Shown one piece after another: positions 37,888 to 47,276 of a stretch of 64,000 bases of DNA. The stretch's first letter is position 1; each line of letters opens with the position of its first letter. The notes beneath the pieces were generated by a model. It was not told where the DNA came from. It saw only the letters and a program-made list of their open reading frames with translations, and searched no databases. A program made the translations under genes and the position numbers. Origin of the DNA: a phage; the sequence record PZ452584.1. One strand, 5' to 3'.

Positions 37888-37896
37888 AATACACCT

Positions 37897-38085
37897 TTAG
37901 TCATAATAATCAGTAACAGTCCAAGCTTCATTTCTATTGGACATTATTTTTGTATATTCTGCTTTAAATGCATTCCTAAGCATAGATTCAGTAACTATAT
38001 GCTCTTCATTAGAAAAATTATTTCTCAGAATATATCGTTTTATTTCAGGAATAGTTAATAGATGCTGTCCAGTTGAATATTCCAT
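37897..38085 (-). CDS. hypothetical protein 62 aa (45.2 position)
   Basis: ORF track; ATG with GGAGGAAAAAC RBS; MotA-box middle promoter upstream. Confidence 0.5.
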   Translation of the reverse strand: MEYSTGQHLLTIPEIKRYILRNNFSNEEHIVTESMLRNAFKAEYTKIMSNRNEAWTVTDYYD

Positions 38086-38102
38086 GTTTTTCCTCCATAG
38101 AG

Positions 38103-38126
38103 ATTATACTCTAATAAATTAAAGCA
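38103..38126 (-). promoter_or_regulatory. middle (MotA-dependent) promoter candidate upstream of 45.2/rpbA/45
   Basis: Minus strand ATGCTTTA (MotA box) 11 nt upstream of TATAAT; approximate. Confidence 0.5.
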
Positions 38127-38140
38127 TAATCTCTTATAAA

Positions 38141-39823
38141 TTAAACCATTACAGTAAATCGACCAACTTTCTTCATTTGAAGATGCTGACCATATTCTTG
38201 CGGGTCATGGTCTTTATGCGAAATTATAAAAACATTAGTGTTTTTCATTGAATTTATAATATTAGCTACACCTTTAATACCTTCGGCATCAAATGACCCG
38301 TCAAACACTTCATCAAGAATTAATGTACTAATACTAACACCAGATACGATAGAAGCAATATCACGCCAAGTAAATAAAAGAGCAATATCAATTCGTGCCT
38401 TTTCACCTTCACTAAATGAAGCATAACTAAAATCTTCACGACCACGGGATTTAATTGTCTCATTAAATTCTTCATCTAATGTAAACACATAATCCGCTTC
38501 CATTATTTTAAGATAATGGTTAATCTGCTTATTAAATAATGGAATGTACTTTTTAATAATAGCACCTTTAATACCAGAATCTTTGAGCATATCAGTCAAA
38601 ATTCCTCGGTGGTATTTTTCCATTACTAAATTAGTTTTTGTCTTAACAATTTTATCAAGTTCTTCTTGAAGCAGTGCTATTTCATCAGCATGGTCAATAA
38701 ACTCAGAAGATGCTTTTTCTATAGCTGCTTTAACTTTTTTAGCTTTATCTACCGTCGTGATTAGAGATTGCTTTTTATTGCGAATATCATTTGCCAACGA
38801 CTGCTGGGTTTTAATATTATCTCGGTATTCATCAACAAGAACTTTTAAATTATCACGATGTGTTGAAAGCTGTTCAAACGAATGCGTACATTCAGAAACT
38901 TTATCTTTAATTTTAGAAACAACTTTATCACCGGAACTTAATTGTGACAGACAGGTTGGACATAATCCGCCTTCGTGATACATATTAATGACTTTATTAT
39001 ACGAGTCAATTTTTGATTTAATTAAAACTGCTTCTTGACCGATTTTATTAAATGCATCAGTCGGGTCTTCATCCAAAACAATATTAACTAATCTTTCATT
39101 AGCTTCTTCTATTTCCGATTTTAGCGTTCTAGCTTCTTTTGCCAAATCATCATACATATTTTGCAGACGAGTAAGATTGTCACCCGTTAATTTTTTCTGG
39201 CGTTCAACGTTATCATTATATATTTTAATTTGTTGGATAATACTATCTTTTTTAACATCAAGCACTTGGTTTTGTGAATTTAATTCACGTATTAGTGCTT
39301 TATTAAGCTTATCCATTTCAGCTAATGTTCCTACCTCAAGCAGGTCTTCCACAAGCTTTCTTCGTGCAGGGGTCGACAAACCCATGAAAGGGGTATACCC
39401 TGCTGTACCAAGGACAACAATCTGCTTGAAACTGGCATATGACATTCCGATAAGCTGTTCAAATTCTGCTTGGAAATCTTTACTGCTGGCAGATTCATTA
39501 AGACGTGTACCGTTAACGGTGATTTCGAAAACGTTTGGTTTTTGTCCTCTTTTGATATAGTACTTTTTCTCATCATATTCCATCCACAGTTCAACTAAAA
39601 GTTCTTTCTTATTTGTGCTGTTTATTAATTGACCTTTCTTTACATCACGAAATGGCTTGCCAAAAAGCCCAAATGTGATGGCTTCTAACATAGTAGACTT
39701 ACCACCGCCATTTCGTCCAGTAATAAGAGTTTTTTGAACCTTATCTAATTGAATGTCAACTCCATTTTGACCAACTGACATTATATTTTTATATTTTACT
39801 CTATTAAGTTTAAATGATTTCAT
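38141..39823 (-). CDS. 46: recombination endonuclease subunit gp46 (Rad50/SbcC-like ATPase)
   Basis: 560 aa, same length as T4 gp46; Walker A GRNGGGKST. Confidence 0.95.
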   Translation of the reverse strand: MKSFKLNRVKYKNIMSVGQNGVDIQLDKVQKTLITGRNGGGKSTMLEAITFGLFGKPFRDVKKGQLINSTNKKELLVELWMEYDEKKYYIKRGQKPNVFEITVNGTRLNESASSKDFQAEFEQLIGMSYASFKQIVVLGTAGYTPFMGLSTPARRKLVEDLLEVGTLAEMDKLNKALIRELNSQNQVLDVKKDSIIQQIKIYNDNVERQKKLTGDNLTRLQNMYDDLAKEARTLKSEIEEANERLVNIVLDEDPTDAFNKIGQEAVLIKSKIDSYNKVINMYHEGGLCPTCLSQLSSGDKVVSKIKDKVSECTHSFEQLSTHRDNLKVLVDEYRDNIKTQQSLANDIRNKKQSLITTVDKAKKVKAAIEKASSEFIDHADEIALLQEELDKIVKTKTNLVMEKYHRGILTDMLKDSGIKGAIIKKYIPLFNKQINHYLKIMEADYVFTLDEEFNETIKSRGREDFSYASFSEGEKARIDIALLFTWRDIASIVSGVSISTLILDEVFDGSFDAEGIKGVANIINSMKNTNVFIISHKDHDPQEYGQHLQMKKVGRFTVMV

Positions 39824-39838
39824 TTTGTATCCAATTGT

Positions 39839-40693
39839 TCACAATGAAGAAAATTCTTTAACTAAAGCCTGTAATGAAGCCTCTATTGGATATCCATTCT
39901 TAACTAACATTTTCCTAAACATCACATGTTTAGGACGATTATATGATATCCACAATTCATACAATTTATCTTTATTATCCCAATGATAGCCTTTTCGTCG
40001 AGATGCTATATGAGCTTTTCTAATCTCCGGATTTTTCCAACTAGCAGCTACTGAATTTGATATAGCTATTTTATATTCAGGTTTTGATAAAGCAGCACGA
40101 ACAGCCTTTTGGTGTTTAATTTTATTTTCTTCGTTATTAAACCATTCCCTTGAAGCCATTGAAATTTTTTGTTTTGTTTTAAAATTATTTAATCTTTCTT
40201 TGTTATCTTTCCTATTTTTTGCTACTGAAAAATATTTTAATGCCCTTTCTCTAGCAGCATTTCTATTTTGCGGATTTGAATAATATTGTTGAAGCCTTTT
40301 TGATATTGTGTCACTTACATCTTGTTTTATAAAACTATATTCAGCAGCTATTAAATCAACTTCGGCTAAAGATAAATTTTTATATGTTTTTCCTGACATC
40401 ATTCTATTTAAAGCATTTAGCATTTTTCCATTTTTACCTTTTGCTAATAAGAAATGTGCTTTAAAATGATTAAAATGACTTAAATTAACTAAATTCCATG
40501 TAGATTTTAAATATTCAGGAAATATTGATTTAGGAAGCACGTGATGTGCTTCCGTTTTACCTGGAGTTTTAACAGTTGAATTCATAGAAATAAAATTAAT
40601 GTAAGACTTGGCGTCTTCTTCACTCAACGCTAATTTTTCAACTAATTCCTTTATTAAAAATTCATCATTAATGTCAAGTTTAAAATTCTTCAC
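39839..40693 (-). CDS. putative HNH homing endonuclease (Mob-like) 284 aa
   Basis: HH...N...H pattern (EAHHVLPKSIFPEY...NLVNLSHFNHFKAH) plus repeated basic DNA-binding modules; paralog of the ORF at 48376-49215; inserted between 46 and 47. Confidence 0.7.
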   Translation of the reverse strand: MKNFKLDINDEFLIKELVEKLALSEEDAKSYINFISMNSTVKTPGKTEAHHVLPKSIFPEYLKSTWNLVNLSHFNHFKAHFLLAKGKNGKMLNALNRMMSGKTYKNLSLAEVDLIAAEYSFIKQDVSDTISKRLQQYYSNPQNRNAARERALKYFSVAKNRKDNKERLNNFKTKQKISMASREWFNNEENKIKHQKAVRAALSKPEYKIAISNSVAASWKNPEIRKAHIASRRKGYHWDNKDKLYELWISYNRPKHVMFRKMLVKNGYPIEASLQALVKEFSSL

Positions 40694-40905
40694 AAAAGAT
40701 TCCTTTTAATGTATCTTTTAGACCATTCTATCATATCATCATAATCTAAAAAGTATTCATCAAATTCAGCCATGCAAACAACGCCTTGTGCTGCTTTTGA
40801 TGTGATATAAATTATTCCAACATATCTAGAATCTTCTTCGGTATAATCAATGTTTGCTATGAATTCATCATTGATGTCAAATGTCGAAAACTTCACAGTA
40901 TGCAT
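40690..40905 (-). CDS. hypothetical protein about 71 aa
   Basis: ORF track trimmed to internal ATG (M17) to reduce overlap with upstream ORF; start uncertain. Confidence 0.4.
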   Translation of the reverse strand: MHTVKFSTFDINDEFIANIDYTEEDSRYVGIIYITSKAAQGVVCMAEFDEYFLDYDDMIEWSKRYIKRNLL

Positions 40906-41140
40906 CCTTAATACAAGATACAGCCATATCTCGTAATGATTTAGGTGTGTCATTATCTAAAATGTTGAAGTTAAAAGATACAGCCCAGTCAGTGCAGACC
41001 GTAACCTTTTTAATACAATTATCTTCAACCTCTAGCGGTTCAAACCAATATTCAATAATTTCTTTATGCCCAATATCATCTTTTACTTCGCATTCAAAAT
41101 GCTGACTCATCATAACATTTTTAAATTCATCAAAAGTCAT
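40877..41140 (-). CDS. hypothetical protein 87 aa
   Basis: ORF track; ATG overlaps gene 47 stop (ATGA). Confidence 0.45.
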   Translation of the reverse strand: MTFDEFKNVMMSQHFECEVKDDIGHKEIIEYWFEPLEVEDNCIKKVTVCTDWAVSFNFNILDNDTPKSLRDMAVSCIKDAYCEVFDI

Positions 41141-42156
41141 TGTGTTGCCTCTACATATAACTGATTTGCATATTGAATAAGTGCTTCACGGTCAGAATCA
41201 GTGATGTCTGGAATTGCATTAATGTATTCTTCCATCAACGTCTGAAGAGATTGAACTTCAACTTCTTCACTGTCATCTGACTCGACAGAGTTATCAATCT
41301 TTGACACAACTCGTAATGAATGCACAACTTTTTCTAGTTCAGATTCGAACTTCGTCAGATTTTTGTCTACTTCAGTTACTATAACACGTACTGATAGATT
41401 TGTAAAATCTTTATAGTCAATTTTTCCTTTAAATGGATAATGAATTCTACGATGCCAGGTAGTATTGTTTGGAATAAATTCCATTCGTTCTGTTTCTGTA
41501 TCAAACATCCAGAACCCGCGAGGGTCATTCTCGTCACCTGCAGTTAGTGTCCATGGTGTCCCAATATATCTGACGTTAGCAGCCTCAGAGATAGTATGGA
41601 AGTGACCAGACCACACCTCTTTATAAGTCTTAAGGAAATCAGGTTCAAGACCATGAGATTTCATTCCTTTATAAAAATAAAATCCATTCAGTTCCCAGTG
41701 ACCAACACAAAAAGAAGCAGAAGAAGTTTTTATGTGCTCGAGAATTTCACCAGTATTTTCTTCACACATCCAAGGAATTAAATCAATTAAACATCCGTCA
41801 AAATCTACTGTAGTAGGCTTATCATATACTTTAACATTAGGATATTTAGCCAAAAGCTCAGTAGAGGCATTTGGATGCATTACATTTTTGTAGTGGAGAT
41901 CGTGATTTCCTACAATAGTATGTAATGTGATTCCAGCGTCATCAAGCATTTGAACTATTTCACGGGCAAACTCCATAGTTTTATGTGTGATTGCTTTTCG
42001 CACATCAAAAATATCACCATATTGAATCCATACAGTAATTCCATTTTTCTTAGAATATTCTATCGCTTGCTTAATTCCATCAATTTGAATACCGCGAATC
42101 CACTCATCATCAGCTTTAACGCCTAAATGCCAATCACCCGAGTTTAGTATTTTCAT
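41137..42156 (-). CDS. 47: recombination exonuclease gp47 (Mre11/SbcD-like phosphoesterase)
   Basis: 339 aa, same length as T4 gp47; metallophosphatase motifs DWHLG, GDIFD, GNHD. Confidence 0.95.
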   Translation of the reverse strand: MKILNSGDWHLGVKADDEWIRGIQIDGIKQAIEYSKKNGITVWIQYGDIFDVRKAITHKTMEFAREIVQMLDDAGITLHTIVGNHDLHYKNVMHPNASTELLAKYPNVKVYDKPTTVDFDGCLIDLIPWMCEENTGEILEHIKTSSASFCVGHWELNGFYFYKGMKSHGLEPDFLKTYKEVWSGHFHTISEAANVRYIGTPWTLTAGDENDPRGFWMFDTETERMEFIPNNTTWHRRIHYPFKGKIDYKDFTNLSVRVIVTEVDKNLTKFESELEKVVHSLRVVSKIDNSVESDDSEEVEVQSLQTLMEEYINAIPDITDSDREALIQYANQLYVEATQ

Positions 42157-42766
42157 GGTGTCTTTTCCATCCTAATTTAGCTGCTTTTGAAACTAGTTCT
42201 TTAATTTTTCCTTTTGTCCATTCAGGACCAGGAGGTTCATGACATAACATTTGCTTAACTCCGTTATTATACCATTTTTTACCTTTATTATGTGATGAAG
42301 CTTTAAATTTATTTGACCTTCCTTTTACATAACCTTCTGGAATATAAGGCAAAAAGGCAGATTTTCCTGTTAATGGATCATGTGAATGTATATTTCCTTT
42401 ACAATTATGAGAACCATATAATGGATGATTTTGTCCTTTATTATCTCTTCCAAATGAACCTTTTGGAGCAGCATATGACATATTAAAGAATAATGGATTT
42501 TTAACTGCATCATGCAATCGTTGATAATATAACTCGCATTTAATAGCTTCTTCACGCGTATCAAATTCAGCTAAAATGCATGAATCAAATAAGTGAGGAT
42601 TATCTGAAAGCTCTTTATTATAAATTTTCTTATACTTTTTAGATAAAACTGAACCATGATATCCAGCTAAATGCCTATCTAAAGACGTAGATCCAATATA
42701 AAAAGGAGGAAGTTTATCTCCACTATATATATTGTTAAATAAGTTATATATTTTTTCATATATCAA
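42134..42766 (-). CDS. GIY-YIG-like homing endonuclease (Seg-like), possibly degenerate
   Basis: N-terminal NIY-x8-YIG with downstream R and E, then N.P.YG linker motif typical of free-standing phage endonucleases; no in-frame ATG before the catalytic motif (TTG start listed). Confidence 0.5.
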   Translation of the reverse strand: MIYEKIYNLFNNIYSGDKLPPFYIGSTSLDRHLAGYHGSVLSKKYKKIYNKELSDNPHLFDSCILAEFDTREEAIKCELYYQRLHDAVKNPLFFNMSYAAPKGSFGRDNKGQNHPLYGSHNCKGNIHSHDPLTGKSAFLPYIPEGYVKGRSNKFKASSHNKGKKWYNNGVKQMLCHEPPGPEWTKGKIKELVSKAAKLGWKRHHENTKLG

Positions 42767-42896
42767 GAACCGTCATTGAAATGCAAAATAAAATTATTGA
42801 AATAAACCCATCTGGTGTGCTAAAGAACCCAATCCAACATGCTTTAGTGAATAGATAAAATGCAAGAAAAAGTATCACATATCCAAGAAATATCAT
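42756..42896 (-). CDS. hydrophobic micro-ORF about 46 aa
   Basis: ATG with GGAG RBS; stop overlaps the TTG start region of the GIY-YIG-like ORF; read from text, approximate. Confidence 0.3.
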   Translation of the reverse strand: MIFLGYVILFLAFYLFTKACWIGFFSTPDGFISIILFCISMTVLDI

Positions 42897-42935
42897 TATA
42901 TCAAACTCCGTATAAAGCTAAAGGGCCGAAGCCCT

Positions 42936-44138
42936 TTATTTTGTAATAATGTCAAACTGTTCTTTAAAGCAGAAGCTTGAATCTTGATGCTGATACAAAA
43001 ATTCATAAGCTTTTTCACGTTCACGGTCATAAAGAGCTCGGTCAGATGACAGTTCTTTAATACGTTCAAATGTTGATTCCATGTCATTTTCATCAAACCA
43101 AACGATACCGCTATCATGTGAAATTAACGGAGTATTATCAACACGGAATTTTAAATTTTCGCCAGTAGATTTCCAAAATACCGGAATTGTTCCACATGCA
43201 CCAAGCTCGAGATGAGTATATTCTAAAGAACGTTGTAGATATTTTTTATCCAACTTACTCAACTGATAACCAAAACCGGATTTACTCATACGTTCAAGCA
43301 TTTCGCTATTTACATAACGGTCAAGAATTTGCGTTGGTAAATTAGGAGCAATTTTAATTTGGTCTACTTGATGAAGACGATAATACTCGTATGGAATTCC
43401 TTTTTCTTTAATAGGAATGAACGCTGGAGAACGTTCCAGACCTTCCATAATAGTACTTAGTCCTGCAGGTTTAAGATGTTTTTCGTGAAAATCAAACATC
43501 TGATAAAAACCTTTCCATGTAGTCGTACGACCAATCCAACGGTTGATATTCATGTTAATTTCAGAAACATCTTTCCAGTAGGTTGATCGAACCTTCGCAA
43601 TATCCATAGGAGGCTGAAAGTTGTATACGGTCGGTGCTTCTTCAATGTCATCAAACAGAGAAACTGTTTCAGGATACCATTCTTTCATCAGAACTTTATT
43701 AAAATCGCCATTATCAGAATGACTAAAAATAACATCAGCTCGACGAACAGTTTCTTCTAATCCCAAATTTCGACGCAAAGAAAGAGAAGAATGGTCATGC
43801 TGATAAACTACAACACGAACCGAAGGTTTAATGTTATCAATAATTTTTTTATAGTTATTAATAGTGTCTTCTTCAACTGAAGTAGCAGGAACTGAATTGA
43901 TAATTAGAATATCACAATCATTTACCAGCTTAAGTGTTTTATCGTATTCTTTTGCCAATAAAACCGGAATTGAAAATGATTTATAATCATGTGCACAGTT
44001 ACGAGTAAATGATTTATCTTTAGCATAAACCAAAGTTACTTCATGACCATTTTTAATAAACCAATCACGTTGCTCAAGAGAAAATTTAGTTACACCACAA
44101 CCTTCAAGACCTCGAGCCATAAAAATACATACTTTCAT
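42936..44138 (-). CDS. agt: alpha-glucosyltransferase
   Basis: 400 aa, same length as T4 alpha-gt; N-terminus recognised. Confidence 0.9.
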   Translation of the reverse strand: MKVCIFMARGLEGCGVTKFSLEQRDWFIKNGHEVTLVYAKDKSFTRNCAHDYKSFSIPVLLAKEYDKTLKLVNDCDILIINSVPATSVEEDTINNYKKIIDNIKPSVRVVVYQHDHSSLSLRRNLGLEETVRRADVIFSHSDNGDFNKVLMKEWYPETVSLFDDIEEAPTVYNFQPPMDIAKVRSTYWKDVSEINMNINRWIGRTTTWKGFYQMFDFHEKHLKPAGLSTIMEGLERSPAFIPIKEKGIPYEYYRLHQVDQIKIAPNLPTQILDRYVNSEMLERMSKSGFGYQLSKLDKKYLQRSLEYTHLELGACGTIPVFWKSTGENLKFRVDNTPLISHDSGIVWFDENDMESTFERIKELSSDRALYDREREKAYEFLYQHQDSSFCFKEQFDIITK

Positions 44139-44204
44139 TTAATATCCTCTTTGTTTTGGTTTATTTTACCAAAAATTTATAAAGCAATATAGGAGCCGAA
44201 GCTC

Positions 44205-44396
44205 CTATCCGCATAATACACCATACAAAGGCTCATTAGAGCTTCTAAATTTTATGCGCTTATATGTTATAGTTCCTTCTGCTTTAGCTTTATCATGAGA
44301 CTCTTTAAAGCGTCTCATCATTTCCTCTTTAGAGGAACGAATTTTATTATAATCTATTTCAGAAGTCTGGTGTTCATCTTTCACAGTTGCCACCAT
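44205..44396 (-). CDS. hypothetical protein 63 aa
   Basis: ORF track; ATG start. Confidence 0.45.
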   Translation of the reverse strand: MVATVKDEHQTSEIDYNKIRSSKEEMMRRFKESHDKAKAEGTITYKRIKFRSSNEPLYGVLCG

Positions 44397-44584
44397 TTTT
44401 TGACTTGATAAGAATCAACCCACACTTTCATATTAGGGTCTGCTCTTACAATAGGAGGATTAACTTCTTTAATTGAACTATCATGGTATTCTTTTTCAGA
44501 AATTTTCACACAAAGATGACCATTCAAAGATTCAGTAAATCCTGCATTAATTTTAAGACGCTTGAATTTTACGTGTGTAAGCAT
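44381..44584 (-). CDS. hypothetical protein about 67 aa
   Basis: ORF track trimmed to second codon ATG (listed first codon TTG). Confidence 0.4.
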   Translation of the reverse strand: MLTHVKFKRLKINAGFTESLNGHLCVKISEKEYHDSSIKEVNPPIVRADPNMKVWVDSYQVKKWWQL

Positions 44585-44870
44585 CAATCATATCCTCAAT
44601 TTGCGATCTAGTAGTCTTCCAAAGAATACTAATGAGTTCATCGTTATATGGCTGTTTTAGAATATCCCGACTTTTCTTGATAGCATATTCGTATTGAGCA
44701 AAATTATTATTTTCAGCTGCGATCTGAGCGTGCTTATAAAGACGATTCAGTTCGCGTTTGTTTTTAGACAATAACTTGTTTGCTTTTCTTTCTGCTTCAA
44801 GACGGTTCTTTTCTTCAATAGAAGAAATAAGCTTTTCCACTTCATCATTAATTTCGGGTTTATCAGTCAT
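44553..44870 (-). CDS. hypothetical protein 105 aa
   Basis: ORF track. Confidence 0.5.
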   Translation of the reverse strand: MTDKPEINDEVEKLISSIEEKNRLEAERKANKLLSKNKRELNRLYKHAQIAAENNNFAQYEYAIKKSRDILKQPYNDELISILWKTTRSQIEDMIDAYTRKIQAS

Positions 44871-44871
44871 A

Positions 44872-45090
44872 TTATTTCTCTAATATAAAATAAAAATCAT
44901 CATCTGTTAAATGATACCGATAGTTTAATTCTACACCATTAGATTTAAAAGCGGTATCATACGGATTTTCTGGATCAATATCAATGTCAAGAGCTAAAAC
45001 TTCCCTGAGATACATTTTAAGTAAATAGGGAATAGCTTCAACTTCAGGTATTTCTTCCAAGAATCCGGAGAGGTTAATCGTTAGCCTCAT
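44872..45090 (-). CDS. hypothetical protein 72 aa
   Basis: ORF track; immediately downstream of gene 55. Confidence 0.5.
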
Positions 45091-45631
45091 ATAAAAAATC
45101 CAAACTAGGAGAATCGTCTACAACACTTTTCTTTTCAGCCCCCGGTGTTCTATAGGTTGATTCTTCGTAATGCGTCATTTTATCGTAGATGTCTTGAATA
45201 AAAGTTTCATCTACTAACGCAACCATATCGTCGTCACGGCTGTCATAGACATTGTGAACGAAGTAACTATATTTCTTTGCAACTTCCTTACGTTCTTTTT
45301 TAATACGTTGGACGAATGCATTAAAACAAGCTTGAGTTATATACGCATGTGGGTTTTTATATTTCGTTTCATCAAAATTATGAAGCCCCTTAATAGAAGC
45401 TTCTATACCATCTGCAATCATTTCTTGTTTCCAAGACTGGGTGTATCCTGAAAAGTTGAAACGTTTAGATAAGCCTTCTGCAATAAGCATAATGGCTAAT
45501 CCAATAGTATCATTCTGACGAACTACTTTATTTGGGTCTTTATTATTTGCTAATTCTGTTTTCCAATCAATAATAGCTTGTAAAAGCTCTTTATTGTTTA
45601 CGTAATTATATTTAGGCTTAGTTTCTGACAT
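45074..45631 (-). CDS. 55: late sigma factor gp55
   Basis: ORF track trimmed to internal ATG (M3, [10 protein letters not shown]...), 185 aa as T4 gp55; AAGAGGTGAAA RBS. Confidence 0.9.
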
Positions 45632-45713
45632 TTTCACCTCTTAGCTCAATTCATAGATCTATTATATCATAATATTTGAAGATCTATCTTAAAGCACAGA
45701 GGATGAATCAATT

Positions 45714-45929
45714 TCAAGCATTCATCAGCTTAGCTGCTCCAAGAGCTGCATCTAGTGAATCAAATTGGTCAACATATTCAATCAATTCGCCGTAATTAGC
45801 ATATAACCACCATTGGCTAAATTCATACTCAAGGATGAATCCGTTTCCTTCAATTTGAGTTAAACCAATGCCATTTGTATTTACTTCATATCCAGCAAGA
45901 CGCAAATCGTTAATAAGAGCTTCGTTCAT
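45714..45929 (-). CDS. hypothetical protein 71 aa
   Basis: ORF track; ATG start. Confidence 0.5.
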   Translation of the reverse strand: MNEALINDLRLAGYEVNTNGIGLTQIEGNGFILEYEFSQWWLYANYGELIEYVDQFDSLDAALGAAKLMNA

Positions 45930-45931
45930 AA

Positions 45932-46258
45932 TTATACCTTAGTAATTTTCAGGTCTGCAAATTTTTTCTTGCGTTGATTTTTCATGCGACGAATAGTTTT
46001 ATCGGAAATTTCATGCTTTTGATAAGCTTTAGATTCTACACCAAAAGCTTTAACATCAAATTCTGACAAGATATATTGAACCAACAATTCACGGACAGTA
46101 TTGCGTCCAATCTTCTGATCATTCTGTTTCATCGTCTGATGAAGCTCTTTTTCCCATTTATCCAAAATTTGAGGAGTTACAATATCGCCTTTTTCTAGCA
46201 AAGAAACTACTTTATCATATGCGTAAGAATTAATGACGTTTTTAATTTGAATAGTCAT
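45932..46258 (-). CDS. hypothetical protein 108 aa
   Basis: ORF track; ATG start. Confidence 0.55.
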   Translation of the reverse strand: MTIQIKNVINSYAYDKVVSLLEKGDIVTPQILDKWEKELHQTMKQNDQKIGRNTVRELLVQYILSEFDVKAFGVESKAYQKHEISDKTIRRMKNQRKKKFADLKITKV

Positions 46259-46309
46259 ACATTATCCTCAATTACGTTAAAATTTTATTATCCAAAAGGG
46301 CCGAAGCCC

Positions 46310-46510
46310 TTAGCTAAACTTTTTGGCACCCTTCCAGCCTTCGTACATCATTGCGACTGACAATGACAAAGCTCCTTCGCATGCTGCATACTTATTATTC
46401 CAGAACCAATTTAGAAAAACTTCATCCTCAATACCATTGTGTTTCATGTTCTGGAAAAATTTGGCGCGTTCTTCAGCAATTCGCTGCGATAATTTAGATT
46501 CAGGATTCAT
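46310..46510 (-). CDS. hypothetical protein 66 aa
   Basis: ORF track; ATG start. Confidence 0.5.
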   Translation of the reverse strand: MNPESKLSQRIAEERAKFFQNMKHNGIEDEVFLNWFWNNKYAACEGALSLSVAMMYEGWKGAKKFS

Positions 46511-46642
46511 TTAAATTTTCCAGTTACCGTTTTCATCAATAAATTTAATCCAGTCATTTACTGACCACTTAGTTGTATCGCCTTTTGGGGCAGAATTTAA
46601 AGTGTAGAACCCTTGCTTAAAAAGCCAGCGTTTGATATTCAT
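46511..46642 (-). CDS. hypothetical protein about 43 aa
   Basis: ORF track trimmed to internal ATG (M29) preceded by GAGGAAAAT; the listed extension overlaps the upstream gene by 77 nt. Confidence 0.4.
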   Translation of the reverse strand: MNIKRWLFKQGFYTLNSAPKGDTTKWSVNDWIKFIDENGNWKI

Positions 46643-46649
46643 ATTTTCC

Positions 46650-46943
46650 TCAGCTGTAACGATAACACTCGTTTGATTTACGTTTAGCAACTCGTTGAGA
46701 AGTATTATAATCAAAATCATCATCAATGTAAACTGATTTTTTCAACTTTCTTACTTCACCGCGTAATTGACGATTTAACTCATCTTTAACTTCTGAATCA
46801 ATACCTTTCATTCTACGCCATTTATCTGAGCGAAAAATGTTTTTAACCATATCTTTATGACTTACACCATCAGGAGCTTTACGCTTTCCGAAATAGTCAT
46901 AATCACGCACTTTTAAGTCTTTACGACGATACGTTTTACCCAT
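46650..46943 (-). CDS. hypothetical basic protein about 97 aa
   Basis: ORF track trimmed to internal ATG (M16); listed first codon is GTG. Confidence 0.5.
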   Translation of the reverse strand: MGKTYRRKDLKVRDYDYFGKRKAPDGVSHKDMVKNIFRSDKWRRMKGIDSEVKDELNRQLRGEVRKLKKSVYIDDDFDYNTSQRVAKRKSNECYRYS

Positions 46944-47118
46944 GGAGTTTAATTTCCTTAGCAACTGAACTAAATACAGCACGGTCACAAATCATCTGTT
47001 TATGTAACTTAAGTATAAGATAATAAACTTCAAAACCGTTTACATAAGTAACACGAACAACATTACCATTAATAAAATAATATTGTCCCTTTTTAATTTC
47101 TTTATCAACCACAACCAT
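46936..47118 (-). CDS. hypothetical protein 60 aa
   Basis: ORF track; ATG start; early promoter upstream. Confidence 0.5.
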   Translation of the reverse strand: MVVVDKEIKKGQYYFINGNVVRVTYVNGFEVYYLILKLHKQMICDRAVFSSVAKEIKLHG

Positions 47119-47148
47119 ATCAAATCCTCAAAGGCAATTCATGTGTTA

Positions 47149-47178
47149 ATAATACCACAGTTTGAACTTCTTGTAAAC
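47149..47178 (-). promoter_or_regulatory. early promoter for gene at 46936-47118
   Basis: Minus strand GTTTAC-N17-GTATTAT; approximate. Confidence 0.5.
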
Positions 47179-47239
47179 AACTTTGTGAAAATTATTTTAG
47201 GGAATGATAAGAAGGGAACGATAGCTTAGAATGGTAATA

Positions 47240-47262
47240 TACAGAATGCGAGAAAGAAAGGC
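47240..47262 (-). terminator. hairpin terminator candidate after nrdH
   Basis: GGCCC-AGA-GGGCC stem-loop then U-rich tract on the minus strand; approximate. Confidence 0.45.
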
Positions 47263-47276
47263 CCAGAGGGCCCGTC

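Noticed and set aside
42370-42564. Internal same-strand ORFs inside the GIY-YIG-like gene (42370-42564) and inside gene 43 (31829-32014, 33035-33226)
   Set aside because: Alternative-frame ORFs nested within longer, better-supported coding regions.
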